A stretch of DNA of 64,000 bases from the human T2T-CHM13v2.0 reference genome, Homo sapiens. The translations under genes and the position numbers were made by a program. Below, in pieces: positions 30,921-45,358 of the stretch. The stretch lies in assembly GCF_009914755.1 (NCBI RefSeq), contig NC_060926.1, one strand, 5' to 3'. The notes beneath the pieces were generated by a model, which saw only the letters and a program-made list of their open reading frames with translations, ran no database searches and was not told the DNA's origin. The stretch's first letter is position 1. Each line of letters starts with the position of its first letter.

Positions 30921-32460
30921 TCATTTTTAGTAAGAACTTTATTAAGATGTAATTCATATATCATACAATTCACCCATTTACAATGTACAATTGTTTTTAG
31001 TTTATTCACATAGGTGTGCAATCATCATCACAATTTTAGAACATTTTTGTCAACTCCAAAAGAAACCTGATTCATTTGCCATCATTGCCCATTTCCCCCA
31101 ACTTTCTCCAGCCCTAGGCAACCACCAATCTACTTTCTGTCTCTGTGGACTTGCCTAGTCTGGGCATCTTATATAAATGGAATCATACAGTATGTATAAT
31201 ACGTGGTCCTTTATGGCTGGCTTTTCTCACTTAGCATAAACTTTTTAAGGTTCATCAATGTTGTATCATGTATCACTATTCCATTTCTTTCCTTTTTTTT
31301 TTTTTTTTTTTAAGAGACAAGGCTTAGCTGTCACCTGGGCTGGAATGCAGTGGCACAATCATAGCTCACTGTAACTTTGAACTCCTGGGCTCAAGCAGTC
31401 CTCCCACATCATCCTCCCGAATATCTGGGATAGGATTCCTGCTGTTTTTGTTTTTTTTTTTTTGGATAGAGATGGGGTTTTGCAATATTGCCCAGGCTGG
31501 TCTCAAACTTCTGGCCTCAAGCAAGCCTCCTGCCTTGGCCTTCAAAAGTGCTGGGATTACATGTGTGAGCCACTGCACCGACTCCCGCATTTCTTTGATT
31601 AATAAATAATATTCCTCTATCTGGACATATTAGTATTTATTCATCCATTGATAGGTATTTGGGTTGCTTTTGCTTTTAGGTTACTATGAACAATGTTGCT
31701 ATAAACATTTATGTACATGTTTGAGTGTGGACATATGCTTTCATTTCTTATGAGTATATACCTAGGACTGGAACTGCTGGGTAATTTTATATTTAATCTT
31801 TTCAGGAACTGCCAGACTGTTTTCCAAAGTGATATTTGATATTCTCAACAGCAGTGTATGAGGATTCCAGATACTCCACATCTTCACCAATGCTTGTTAT
31901 TGTCTGTCTTTTTGATATAGCCATCCTAGTGGGTATGAAGAAATATCTTATTTGTGGTTTTCATTTGCATTTTCCTGGTTGATAATGATATTGAGCATTT
32001 TTTTACAAGCCTGTTGTGCATTTGTATGTCTTCTTTGGGAAAATAGCTATTCAAATTCTGTGCTCATTTTTGAATTGGCTTACTTATCTTTTTATTACAA
32101 TTTGTAAATATTTTCTCCCATTCTGTGTGTTGTCTTTTCACTTTCTTAATGGTATCCTCTGCAACACAAAAGATTTCCAGTTTATTTTTTTATTGCTTCT
32201 GCTTTTGGTCTCGTAGAATAATTTGGAAAGTGTTCTCTTCTATTCTTTGGAAGAGTTAGTATTAATGCTTCAAATGTTTCATAGAATTCACCAGTGAAGA
32301 CATCTGGTCTTGAACTTTTCTTTGTGGGTAGTTTTAAAATAACTAAGTCCATCTATTTATTTATTTATTATAATAGTCTATTCAGATTTTTTATTTCTTT
32401 TTGAGTCAATTTTAGTAGTTTGTGTTTTTCTGGGAATTTTTCCATTTCATCTTCCTCCAT
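30921..32460 (-). mobile_element. L1MB-type 3' region split by AluJ
   Basis: caattcacccattta, ccagccctaggcaaccaccaatctactttctgtctct, ggaactgccagactgttttccaaagt, tagaattcaccagtgaag. Confidence 0.88.
31293..31585 (-). mobile_element. AluJ with internal deletion
   Basis: caatcatagctcactgtaactttgaactcctgggctcaagc diagnostics; TSD catttcttt. Confidence 0.92.
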
Positions 32461-32619
32461 CTTCGTGTTTGATTTTTACTTGAACAAGAGTCGAAAAATC
32501 ACATGTGAAGAAAATATGGTGGTGTGTCTGGGTTTCAGACTGCTATATGAGATTGTGCAAGTTGGAGTTTATTTGAACTGTGTTCCTCTGAGTTAAGAGG
32601 TACACAACCTATGCAGATA

Positions 32620-32870
32620 AGCATGGTGGTCTTAAATAGAAGTATTAAGTGTATTGATTTTGGAGCCAGACCGTCTGGGTTTGACTCCTACCTCCCCACT
32701 ATCTAGAGGTGTGTCCTTGGTCAAGTTACTTAATCTCCTTAAACTTCATTTTCCATCTGTATAAGCCATAGTACCTTCTTCAGGGTTTTTCTTTTTCTTT
32801 CCGTTTTTGAGGATTAAATAGCATAATACACATACAGTACCTAATTCAATAAATGTTACCTCTTATTAGG
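32620..32870 (+). mobile_element. MIR
   Basis: tggagccagaccgtctgggtttga...ccttggtcaagttacttaatctc. Confidence 0.75.
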
Positions 32871-33881
32871 TATCCTTGTGGCCTTACTATAAACTTCATG
32901 AGGTTAGAAATGGGCTTTTTTCCCCTTTTAAATTGTTGAATCCTTAGTACCTAACAAGTGTCCTGGTACTTAATAGGAGCCCAGAATTGTTTGTTTAATG
33001 TTTTCATGTGAAAAAACTAGATATGAGGACAAACAGCTTGTTCAGGATACTGGGTCATAATGAATGTTAAATGGAACAGTTAGAGGTGTACTGAAGCTAC
33101 TTTGGCCCTTGTTGGGTTTAACAGAGTCATAAATGGATTGAATAAGTCCATGGAGCCTACACCTATAAAATTCACTCTTGACATAAAGCTAAGGAGGGAG
33201 AACAAAATGTGGGTTTGTGTGTATACTAAAGTGTCTTCATATTCCTTCCTATACTTGGGTCCTAATATAACAACTGCATAAGTAAGTAACAGAAAGATGT
33301 GGATTAGCAGCAATATAAAAAAATCCTAGGAGTTCTAACCAACAATAAACTCATTCTGAGTAAGCAGTTTAGAAGCAATTAAAATCTGAAGCTACATTCA
33401 TTATGTATAAAACAAAAGAGGGGGCAGGCACACACAACAGACGTGTTGTGGCTTCACTGCTTTTTAGCTTTTTTTTGGAATATGTTGCTTTCACTTTTTA
33501 TAAACTGGATCTAGACCCTCAAGCAACAGGCAATAGACAGTGAAACCTTCTCTTTTGTGTGAATAATGTTTTATTATTATGAACTAAACATGCTCTCAGT
33601 AGATAGGTTGGTTTATCCTAGGTACAGTGCCTCATGATGACTGACATAAAGATATACTCTCTTACCACTGAAAGGGAGTGAGTGGCCTTCCTTATAAGCA
33701 TGAGTATCAGTCAGGCTCCTCAGATTTCACACCTGGTTATCAATCCTGTTCCTTGCTCAATTTAACTGAAACATAGAATATGAGTACCTTTCAGTACTCA
33801 TTTGTACCCAGTTACTTTCAAAACTGGAGTTGAGAAAAACAATATTAGCAAAAAACAACCAGAAGACTATGTAATCCAAAC

Positions 33882-34092
33882 TTTTCTAACCCATGGTCCA
33901 CGGACCACATGTGGCCTAGGATGGCTTTAAATGTAGCCCAACACAAATTCATAAACTTTCTTAAAACATTATGAGTTTTTTTGTGATTTTTTGGAAGCTC
34001 ATCAGCTATTGTTAGTGTTAGTGTATTTTATGTGTGGCCCAAGACAATTCTTCCAGTGTGGCCCAGGGAAGCCAAAAGATTGGACACCCATG
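33882..34092. mobile_element. MER30 DNA transposon
   Basis: gcccaacacaaattcataaactttcttaaaacattatgag...gtggcccagggaagccaaaagattggacaccc. Confidence 0.88.
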
Positions 34093-34549
34093 ATACTCTA
34101 TCCATCCACACTCTAAAATGCGTCCCTAAATTCATCCCATTGTAGAATCAGACTTGGAATGCATCATAGCCTGGCCCACATAGAAATGCTTTTATTGGAA
34201 TAGTTGGACATGAGGGCATGGAATTATATTGAAGACTGTTCTAGAAAGCATCCTTATAAAATATGTCCTTGGTTTTACACTATTCAAACTATTTTCATTA
34301 AAACAGTTTCCTAGAATAATTGTTTGAATTAAGCTTCGAAGGGAAAGATCTTCCTAAGCAAAAATGGTAGAGGATGTGGGATTGGGGTGGGACAAGAAAG
34401 TTCAGAAGTAAAAAAGTACAGTGTATATTTGCAAAATGATGATTATCTCAGTTTACCTGGAATGAGGCATACAATTAGGACTGGATAATAGGATAGAGCC
34501 TGATTGTTGGGCCAAAGAAGAAATATTATTTGGGAATGAATGGAAGATC

Positions 34550-35205
34550 ACTCATTCATAAAAATATGTTTTGAATGCTTACATTTGACAGGTGCTGAAT
34601 GTGGAGAGGCAAATAAAATGGACACACAAGCCTTGACCTCTTGGAGTGATTATGATCAAGATTATGATCATTGTGACACACATTAATCCAGGAAGCAAAC
34701 AAGTAAGTGTTTAATTTCTTCCTATGCATAAAAAGAACAGCGTGCTAGAAAAAGAATAGAGTGACAGCAGTCTTCTTGAGAAAGGGTAGACTTATCTCCA
34801 AGGAGGTGACATTGAAATGGAGATCTGAAGGATGAGAGGTGGTGACCAGATGAAGGTGGGTAGGGAAGAGCATTGCATGAAAAAAAGGACAGTAGTTGTA
34901 AGGCCCTGGAGGAAAAGGGTCTGATGCCTGAAGGAAATGAGAAAGACCAGTGAGGCTGGAGTATAGTGAGTTAGGAGGGACGCAATGCGAGAAGTTGAAG
35001 CCATCCAACCACCTACAGCCAGAGTACTGGGAATTTATTCTAAGTGCAGTGAGGAGCTTTTTACACTTTTTAAACAGGGTGTGCCTGTGTATGACTGATA
35101 AGCTTCACTGATAATTCAGAATAGAGTTTTGAGTAGGGAATATTTTAAAAAGTAGGGAGAACTGGAAAGAAGTTAAGGCTGGGTAGACTTATTGCAACAG
35201 TTTCA
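34550..35205 (-). mobile_element. L2 LINE fragment
   Basis: cattcattca 3' end, aggaggtgacattgaaatggagatctgaaggatgag, gaccagtgaggctggag. Confidence 0.7.
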
Positions 35206-35207
35206 GA

Positions 35208-35430
35208 CAGGTATTGGCAAACATTTTCCATAAAGGGCTGGATAGCCCATATTTTAGGCTTTGAGTGCCAAACAGTCTGGCTCAACCACTCAACTTTGCT
35301 GTTGTAGTGTGAAAGCAGCCATAAACAATACAGAAATGAATGAGTATGGTTGTGTTCCAGCAAAATTTTATTTCCCCAAAACAGGTGGTGGGTCATATTT
35401 GGCTCTCAGGTTGTAGTTTGCTAGTCCCCA
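35208..35430. mobile_element. MER58A DNA transposon
   Basis: ttggcaaac...atattttaggcttt...gaaagcagccata...tgtgttccagcaaaatttta...tagtttgct. Confidence 0.88.
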
Positions 35431-36699
35431 TTCTGGGTATTAAAGACATGCCAGTGCACGTGCATGTGAAAAAAGGTGAGGCCAAGAAGGACCTAGGGGG
35501 AAGAATTGCCAAGCTTTGGGACTACATGCAGGGCCTGAGAAAGAAGACATTAGGACAAGATTTGAAGTCTGGGTAACAGGGAGAACAGTGTATTTTTGAG
35601 AACTTTATAGAAGTTAGGAAGATAAGCTGGTTTGGGGGACAAATAATGCATTTGCTTTTAGTGTCTACATAGTTTATATCAAATTTTCAATTGGATTTGG
35701 CCAGTGTGGAAACATCCATAAGGCTGGCAGCTGGCAATGACATTCAAAGCTCATATAGGCTGTGAGAAATCTGGTCATGGGATCCCTCATCTCTATTTGA
35801 AGGCCAGGAGTGATTGATTTGATCTGCCCCAAAAGAGGACTCCAAGATGCCTGCTCCTTTCTCGTTTAATGAGCACCCTTCTAAGCTGCAGATTCAGCTG
35901 AGAAAGGCTCTTTTCTCCAAAAGACTTTGAAAGTTTCATTTTCTGTGCAGAGATGCATTTGTGTTTGAGAAAATGTGGTAAACCCTTGTGGATGCCACAG
36001 AAAGGTCAGTAACGCCTCCAGCTCTCTGCTGTGAACAACCATCACAAGATACCACACGTGATTTGAATGCCTGACTCCAGTGATGAAGACTGTCTCCTGG
36101 AGTGGATTTCTCATTTTTGGGTCACCTTTAGTTTCAGCACATGTATGTTTTAAAATATATTGCCATCCATCACACTGGATACATTTTGCATTTTTTATTA
36201 TTCATATTCTAAAAAACTTACTAGTTTAATGAAAGATGAAAAGAATGCCTGAAAAATATCCTGAAACAAATACAGGAGAAGATGAGAATTGGAGCTTAGC
36301 TTTGCTTTGGATGGCAGCATGGTTCTTGCAGAATAGTTCTGTGCTTTGGATTTTATGGGTAGGTTTGGTAAATTAGGTGCAATTGTCCTTCAGTCTTCAC
36401 TGCAGCCTTGGGGTTATGTGTCTGGAGTTGAGTAGGAGAAGGATGTGGTTTGGCTAACATCAGGCTTCCTGTGCCTCTTGGAATGGTAGTCTGGCACAGT
36501 GAGATCTAGTGTGGGAATCCTTTTGGAAATCTCTTGCCCCTCTTTTCCTCAAAAGTCCGTTCATGGTGCTCACTGTACCCTGTATTCCAATTCAGGCGGC
36601 CGACCACAGTGATTTCCCCTACTGGTCATATCTGAGCCAAGTTCTGTCTTTTCCTTCTTGCCCCTTCTATTGGGGGAAACTGCTATTCTCCCTCAATCC

Positions 36700-37075
36700 T
36701 ATTCATAGGGTCTAAATGAGGACTATCGTCCTTTTACACTTTCCTAGTTTCCCGGACACAGTGATGGGGTCCAGAGATGGCCCATGAGCTCTTCCCTGTG
36801 AGTTTTTAAGCTAAGTTTGTGGTCATGGTACCATGTCCACATAGAATGAGGAACACCCCAGGAAGAACAGAATGAAGGTGGGGCAGAGAGCACCCAGAGG
36901 ATGCACAAGTTCGCATTTCCCCTAAAATCTTCAGTGCTGCCCTCCCTGTCCTGCTCAAGGGTTGGGTGACAAACTCTTTCTTTGATTTTATGGAGCTACC
37001 CCAGAATCTCACCAACCAATCTTCCTTTTGCTTAAGTCAGTTTAGAGTTGGGGTTCTTTTATTTGTCATTTTATA
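36700..37075 (+). mobile_element. Old MaLR LTR fragment (MLT1K-like)
   Basis: gcttaagtcagtttagagttggggttctt 3' end; cagtgatggg...agagatggcccatga. Confidence 0.4.
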
Positions 37076-38002
37076 AGGTGTGGAGTAAGAATGGCAACAG
37101 AGCATCATAACAGAGCATTCTCCTGAAATCACACCACAGAAACAGTGGCTTGTTCTGCTTGCTCTGTATGAGCAGAGGAGCAGAAGCACCACCTTCATGC
37201 AGTTCCTCAGAGTTAGTATCAAGACTTGCAGAATTTTAGACAGGGGCTGCCCCTGAGGGCATAGATAATCAGAACGCTCAAGGAGTTGGGTGTCATGATG
37301 AGAAATCACTTTTCGTACCCTACCAATAGACAGCCAAGGGGGGACAAATGGGAAAAATTATCTGATCTCCCCATAAAGTGTCTTAGGTCTGGCTTTGTTC
37401 TGGGAAGGAGACTCCATTTAACTATCTTGGTTCTCCTTCAAATGGCCCCAGCCCGTTGGCCCATCTTTACTGTTCTCTACAGAGACAGGACTAATAAACC
37501 TTCCTTGGACATGACTTCTGTTTTTTTTTTGCCTCTGTCTTCAACCTCAGTGTCCCTCCTCCCCACACTTTAACAACTTTTGAAATACTACATCTACCTC
37601 AAGGCTTATTGAAGATGCTACTTCCTCACTGAGGCCTACCTTTATTGGCTCCAGCTAAAATTAAACTTTGTACCTGTCATTAAAATAGAGTTTTTATAAT
37701 TCCCTTAGAATTTATGCACTACTTCTCCCAATGCTCACAGGTATATTCATTTTATTTTCATGCTAGCTTGTAAAACATCAGGTCAGGAGATTGGCCTATA
37801 TAATTTCTAAACTCCCTTGTACTAATTCTGTAATTCTAACCCTAATATGAACTGTTTACAAATTTATAGCATAAATAAAGGCATATATTTTTATTTTTAA
37901 AATGACTGTCTTAGGACCTCTTACCCTTTTTTGACAGGAGTTTAGTATGTCCTTCTTTCTTGAGATCCTCTCTCTTCCTGAACTGCCCCACAACTCCAGG
38001 GA

Positions 38003-38168
38003 GGCACTGTCCAAAAGGACTTTGTGCCGTGATCATAGGCCCATGTGGCTGGTGAGCACTTAAAGTGTGGTTAGTGGCTAGGAACTGGGCTTTTAATTTT
38101 TTTTAATTTAGATTTAAATAGTCACGTGTGTATGTTTGGCTATGGCTACTGTATTGGATAGCACAGCC
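38003..38168. mobile_element. MER3 DNA transposon
   Basis: gcactgtccaa...ccatgtggct...gagcactt...tttaaatagtcac...ggctactgtattggatagcacag. Confidence 0.75.
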
Positions 38169-38609
38169 CTAGGAGCTTCCACAGTCCAAAAAAGAATTTG
38201 CTCCAACCTTTGCACCTTCTTGAAGCATCAGTGGGGTAAGTGACAACAATAGCTGATGCTTCCCATCACCAAAGGATATTGCTCATGGAAGTGCAGTGCT
38301 GGTCCCTTGCTGTGAAGGGAAGGTGATAGAATCCTGCTCTTCCTACTGCAACTCTTGGGGAGTATGATTTTACTCTCTTAGGTTAATCTTGGCCTTGCTG
38401 CTTACGCCTGGGCTCTGAGGCTGGAAGTCTTATTATTCATCTTTTTCCACACACAGTTACCACCCCAGACTTCTGCAGCAACTAAGAGTGGGGGTCAGAA
38501 CTGATTCTACTCTCCACCATCTCATGGACCCAAAATCACTGCCTCCATTCTGTCTAGGTATCCATCAATAGGAGTCAGATGGGTTTTCCATCTGAACCCC
38601 CCAAAACAC

Positions 38610-39080
38610 AAAAGATCTGCCTTTGTTTGAATTCCTCCAGAAATAGACCTCTAGGCAAGAATTAAACTGTAAGTAGTTTATTTGGGAGGTGATCCCAGGA
38701 AACATCAGCATGGGAGTTGAGAAGTAAAACAGAAAAGTGAAGGAAGCCAATAAAGGATAATGAGTCAAATGGGTTACTACTGTGCAGCTGAAGCTCAGGC
38801 CTCCTGGGGAGCTCTAGGAGGGAGTATAGAACATGCTTTAGTATTACCCTATCTTAGAGGCAAATAAGATATGATCTATTCACCAAATCCCCATCTCTCA
38901 TCATCTGAGGGCTTCTCCTGAAAGCGTTAAGACTCTAGCACTTTCAGCTTGCACTGGGGCAGTCAAGTATGCCCTCACTGGCAGAGGAAAGCCAGTAGGC
39001 AGAGTTACAGGTATTTGCAGCAAGAAGTCACTGGAGTAGAGAGGTGTGCCAGGGAGTGACAGTGCCTGCACAAGGGCCTG
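38610..39080 (-). mobile_element. LTR16-like ERVL LTR
   Basis: aagtagtttatttgggaggtgatcccaggaaaca, gaaggaagccaataaagg. Confidence 0.75.
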
Positions 39081-40625
39081 GACACTCATATATCCTTTTA
39101 TAAAATCGGCTGCCTTAATTGGTTCTGGGGTTCTCACACCTCCCCATTCTAGGGACAGCATCCTTGGAAGTTTCTTATGAGTAGAATCTCCTACAGTTAT
39201 TAAATCTGGGATGGGCATCCTTTTTGGTTAGCGTATTCAACTTGGTTTGTCTGTTTAGTCATATATTGGCCATCCAGTGTACCAAAGACATTAAATACAA
39301 CTTCTATGTGATCTGAAAATCACAAAAAAATCAAATGGAAATCACCTCCTCCACAGGTCCTAACAGTAGCACCTTCTCTGTATAAAAAAGGTGGCTTGGG
39401 ATATAAAGACATCTTAAAATTTTAGATTTTAAATACATACATTTTCATAAACTCTTGCTTCCCCCAGTATCAACAGAAATAAGCTGTATTATGTTGTTAC
39501 AGATGAATAGAATATATGTGCACAGAGTGAGAAAACACATTTTTAAAGTAAAGGAAGTGAACAATGGACTCTGTTCTTAAATACAGTCAGGTGGATTTTA
39601 GCGATGTGGAAGTCTCTCTGTAGGTGAACTTGGTGTTCTTTCATGGTAAAAGCATTTGGCTTAGTTTGTATTTTAGAAAGATCTTTGGTGACAGTATCTC
39701 CTCTTCTTCTTGAGGCTTGAAATAGAAGGGATTTTTAACCTTACATTTAATCACAGACTTAATTTGGTCTATACGCAAAGATTTACAATCATTCCAGGTA
39801 TGCAGAGTATCAATAATAGAGGAGCTACCCAGAAATGTGTTGTTTCTCATTGAATATTCAGTGCGTGATATGAAGATTTATCTTGTAAATATCACTGGGT
39901 ATAGCCTTGTAAATTCAAAGATACCTTATCTATAGTTAAGCTTTGAATATGGAACAAATGACGGAAGAATGAGTTTTTAAATGAAAAGATCAAAAAGGAT
40001 AATTAATATTTCATAATCTTAATTAACTTTTCCACTGCACACTGATTTTGTATGTTATTTGGGGTGTAAGATGTGATTCGTGCTTTCATAACCAAATCAG
40101 ATAATCTGGTCACAGAGTTGAATGTTAAAGGTAATGTGAACATCTTGTTTGGCTTGAGAAAAGAGTCATCAAGTTCCTCAATTAGCTCTGTGCTTATTCT
40201 AGGGAAGTTGCTACACAAGTGAATAAGATTGTAAGCATTTAGAGTAAGAGGCAAGTTATTAAGCATGCTGGGTTGGTTTCTACTGGTGAGAGATGGGTGA
40301 GTTGCTGGATTTTTGAGAAAGGAGGAACCCCACACTAGGGAACATGGGTTAAATCAAGTTGTCCAGTATATTTACAAACATGATAGGATTTAACAGATCT
40401 CTTAGAGCAGTAGAGTTGGCTGGTGCTTTCATGTTGGTAGACACCTGGCTCTTGAAACCAGCCAGAGTTATGTCTGCATACCTACCTACTGGCCCCGGAG
40501 AGGTGAATGGTGCATATCAACCAGGGATAGATGAAATTGGCCAGGACCTTTGATCATGATTTACTTTCCCTTTGGCCTCATCTTTCCATCTTGAAGCCCT
40601 TGGCTCCAAGACTTTGACTAGGACC

Positions 40626-40673
40626 CTACTTCTGACTCTGGTTCTACTTCTGACCCTGGTTCTACTTCTGACC
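40626..40673. repeat. 18-bp tandem repeat, about 2.7 copies
   Basis: ctacttctgac(t/c)ctggtt units at 40626, 40644 and 40662. Confidence 0.9.
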
Positions 40674-41047
40674 AGCCCCTTCAGAACTAGCACACTTACT
40701 CCTGATATCTAGGATGTCAACTCTTTCCCTTCTTTCACCTCCCTTGCTCCAGTGATTCTTCCTGCTCAGGATGAGAATTCCCAACTTTATTCTGTTGACT
40801 TGGTTAATCTCCAGCTGGCTCAATCTCTGACTTCCTTGAGGTTGAGGTAGCATTTGGGGGAGAAAAGGGAAGGAGAGATTCAGATAATTAACCCCTGGGA
40901 GGTGACTAGAACTTCAAGTTCTGTGCTTGCTCCAGAGCATGCTGGTCCCATAAAGGCAAAATGAGAGCCAATATAGGACCTTGGAGAGGTGGTCAAGAGC
41001 AAGAGACCCAGTCCTAATTTATAGGCAGAGATTGAATTTTGTATAAA

Positions 41048-41420
41048 TTAGGATATGCTAGATTTTGCTATATTAACACACAGCCCCCAAATCAGTGTTA
41101 TAACAAAATGAAAGTTTACTTCTTATACATACAAAGTATCCAATGTGGTATGGGGTGACAACCTGCTCCAGTGTCCCTCAGGGACCCATGCTAACCAAGG
41201 CTACCATTTTAGTATTTGTATCATGTAGGTCATGTGCACTTAACACTCCACAACAGGAGAAATAAGATTGGAGAATCCAGCATGGGTTTTTCATTGCCTT
41301 GGTGCAAAGGTGATACACTTCTGGCCACATTTTACTGCCTAGAACTAGTCAGATGATCCTGTAACTTTAAGGGGTTTAAATGTAGGAGAGGAAGTACAAT
41401 ATTTGGGGGTAATTACTGCC
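41048..41420 (-). mobile_element. Old ERVL/MaLR LTR (LTR33/MLT1L-like)
   Basis: ccccaaatcagtg...aaagtttacttctt, cagggacccatgct, agaactagtca. Confidence 0.45.
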
Positions 41421-41899
41421 CCTACAACAAAATCTGTGGGTAAGGATTCCACCTGAAAGAGAGGAACAGGGATGCTGACATACAGGTCAAGAGTTTGGGG
41501 AAGCAAGTCCAGGGGAACCCATCCAAAAGAGAGGTGGAGGAAGGAATCAGGAGAGCCCGGGTCTCGCGCAAAGGAGCTCCAGGGAGCCCACAGCTAGCTG
41601 AGTTCTCATTCCCAACCACTAGAATGGCCTGGAGCAGGGACTGACATGCAGAATCTGAAAGCCACCTTCAAGGATCATTGTTTCACATTATTATGAAGGG
41701 AGTTTAATGATAACAAATGCTTAAATATATAGAGAATGCATTTAAAAACCATATGATTCATGCGTAATGTTTTGAATTAGTCAGTCACCATCCCAGGAGG
41801 AAATGTGCCATGTTCTGTTTTCATCACCTTATTGGGAGAGTTACCTACACTTCTGAATCATATACTTTGTGTATAAAATGGAGCTAATCTTTGATAAAT

Positions 41900-42110
41900 T
41901 GTGGCTGTTTATTACATTAAGTAGTTATATTCATGACATCATGTAATCTTCTCTATAAACCTAGAAGATTATTATTATTACTAGCAACCCCACTTTGCAA
42001 ATGAGACCGCTGACTTCCAGAGAGGACAAGGTTGCATAGCTAGTAAGAGGCTGAGCTGGGATTTAAGACATAGGTCTCAGATGAATCCAATATCTCATAT
42101 TTGATTGCTA
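41900..42110 (-). mobile_element. MIR
   Basis: ccccactttgcaaatgag...aaggttgcatagctagtaag...gagctgggatttaa. Confidence 0.7.
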
Positions 42111-43577
42111 GAACTAAATAGAATATATAACATATCTGGTATTTCCTAGGAGCTCAATAATGTTGATTCTTCTTCCTCTTCTTTTCTCTTTTTCTTTCTT
42201 TCTCTCATCTCTGGAACTCCAGCCAAATAACTCATCACCTGTTGGGGATTCCTTCAGGGATTTGAGAAGTGCTAGTAAACCACTCACACAATGATTTCTC
42301 CAGGTGAGCATGGGAGTGAGAGTTGGTGATGGAGAGACTGGACACGTGCTCTTACCAGTCTTGCTTCTGGCTCTGTGCCCACGTGGAGGCTGGCAGAGGC
42401 AGGGGAAAGAGGGGACCAAAAGGAGTCACATGCCTACTTACCTCCCCCAAAATAAGAAGAGGGCTAGCTTTCACCCACCTTTTTCCCCTTTTGCAATATT
42501 TCTGTCCTTAGTGCTGTTGCAGGTGTTTGTTAATATTTGGATAAAGTGAGTAACTTGGTCATACAAATGTTACTTTTTCTTCAGCAGGGAAAGCTCTACC
42601 AATTTCCAGCTCTTCTAAAAAACGAAGTCATTTTAATCCCCATTCTTAAAAATATGTGGGTTTTCACACAAAATAAACTCCTTCATCGGCCAGATTCTGT
42701 GTTTCTCCTATTCTGGAAACAAGGTGTCGTAGGGCAGTGGGGTTGAAGGTAAAGGGTATGGGAGGGAGGGTGTGATTGTTCATCTTGAAAACAAGACTTT
42801 GTGTGTATGTGTATGTGTGTACATGTGTTTTAATTTAGAGGAAAATAAGTGATCTCTCTTGATGACACCCAGCATGGTTTGAGAATGTTTATTTTATGTT
42901 ATTCTATAAATAAACTGAATGACTGCCAAGGAAAAAATAATCTGAGACATGATTCCTAGTGTCTACTCTAGTGAACTACTCTGAAAACTCCGGTCTGCCA
43001 CTTGGTGTGAGCTCCAGGTTCTTAAAGGATAGTTTGTCTTCATGCATGGGAAGCTTATGACTTTGGCTTCTTCATCTAGTTTCCACTTACAAAAAAACTT
43101 TTGACAGAATCTCAGAATGATTTAGAATCTGTCTGTAATCAAATGCTGATAAATATTTCCATTAATGAGATGTGCTGCTGATTTGCTTATTGCTTACCCT
43201 GTGATAGGTTATAGGCTATTTTATTGGTAATTTTAATGATAATGATGATTTACTACCACTAGTCCATCAAGGTCAAATTATTTCTTAGCTAAAAGTTTAA
43301 GTTCTACTCTCCTGACTTAACTGAGCAAGGCAGATGTAGCCCTAAGAGGTGCATATCTTGGGGTAGGAAACCCACCAATTTATTTCTTTTTAGACTTTTT
43401 GCCTCAAAGGTGGTTTTGAAGCCTCATGTTTTTTCTGTTGTAAAGTGTCGCCATTGGGGACAAAAACATTATAAATCAGAATGGTAAGACTTTGACTGCA
43501 AGATACTGAGTCACCAAAGGGAAGACAGTATGTCGCATCCCTGGCTTCTCAAGGATTTAGAAAATCATTCTCCTCTA

Positions 43578-44094
<517 letters not shown>

Positions 44095-44984
44095 CTACTG
44101 AATTTCCTTTTAGCTTTAAGGAAAAATCTTCCTTTCCTTCCTCCAAACACTTATGCCTTTATTGTCAAAACCATTCACTTGGCAGTGGCACTTGTCACAC
44201 TCTGCTTGTATTGTGAGTAAAAGTTTTGTGTGTGAAAGTCTAATATCTCAACTAGATAAGAGAGTTCCTCAAGGCGAGAGGCCGGGCTTTCCACTTCTTT
44301 GTGTCCTTGAATCATCTAGCTTTGAAGTTAATACATAATGGTGCATAATCCACCATTTATTATTATAAATTATGAATTATTGTTATGAATTATTATTCAA
44401 ACCATTGCTACAGCTCATTATTCATACTTGATGAAAATTCAGTCAAAGTTAAAAGTATGTTGCATTGTTTCTTATGTATTTGTATAGAATCAAAACAACT
44501 TTATGTTGACTCATGACCCAAAGTTCTTGTGTAGGGAACTTTCTTTGAACAAGATTTATACTCGAAATTCAGTTTGTTAAATTCAGTGAGTATTTACTGA
44601 GTTTCTATCATGTGAAGTGTTATAGAGTATAAAAAAAGAAAGATAGTATATAAGCACTCAATAAGCTTTTAGTCTAATACAGGAATTGGGAATGGATTTC
44701 AACTTAAATATCTCTATGAATTGTTAGTAGCTGCTTAGAATGCTGATAAGAATTATTAGATTCAGTATGAAAGAGCAGAATGATCAATTAGTAAAGTCTA
44801 CCATTTGCTTAGGAGTGGAGAATGATAGCATGAGTGCCACAGATTTGAAGAATAAATTCAAAGTCTAGATAGTAGAAGATTATTTTTAGTAGAATCCAGT
44901 CAATTAATAACTTAATCAGATTTGTTTGGTACAAAGTAAGTACCAAATATATAAATTACATGAAATTATATATATACATATTAC

Positions 44985-45358
44985 TATGCCCAGTCCACCA
45001 TAACAAAATACCATTGACTGGATGGCTTAAACAACAGAAATTTATTTTCTCATAATTCTGGAGGCTAGAAGTCCAAGATCAAGGTTCCAGCTGATTTGGT
45101 TTTTGGTGAGGGCTCTTTTTCTGGCTTGTTGGCAGCTGCCTTCTTGCTGTGTGTTTACATGACCTCTTTTATTTGTGCATGTGGAAGTAGTCAGTTCTGT
45201 GGTATCTTTTCTTATAATGTCACTAATCCTATTGGATCCCACCCCTATGACCTCATTTAACCTTAATTTCTTAGAGGTCCTATCTCCAAATACAACCACG
45301 TTGGGGGTTAGGGCTTCAACATATGGATTTGGGAGGACATAAACATTCATTTCATAGA
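44985..45358 (-). mobile_element. MLT1B-type MaLR LTR
   Basis: ccataacaaaatacca...ggcttaaacaacagaaatttatt...gggttagggcttcaacatatg. Confidence 0.88.

Noticed and set aside
33433-33802. Short hairpins cacaaca-gacg-tgttgtg and atgagtac-ctttca-gtactcat
   Set aside because: 7-8 bp stems are expected by chance in 64 kb and are too short for pre-miRNA
40626-40673. 18-bp repeats as a CRISPR-like array
   Set aside because: Head-to-tail copies with no spacers, fewer than 3 units, eukaryotic context; ordinary minisatellite
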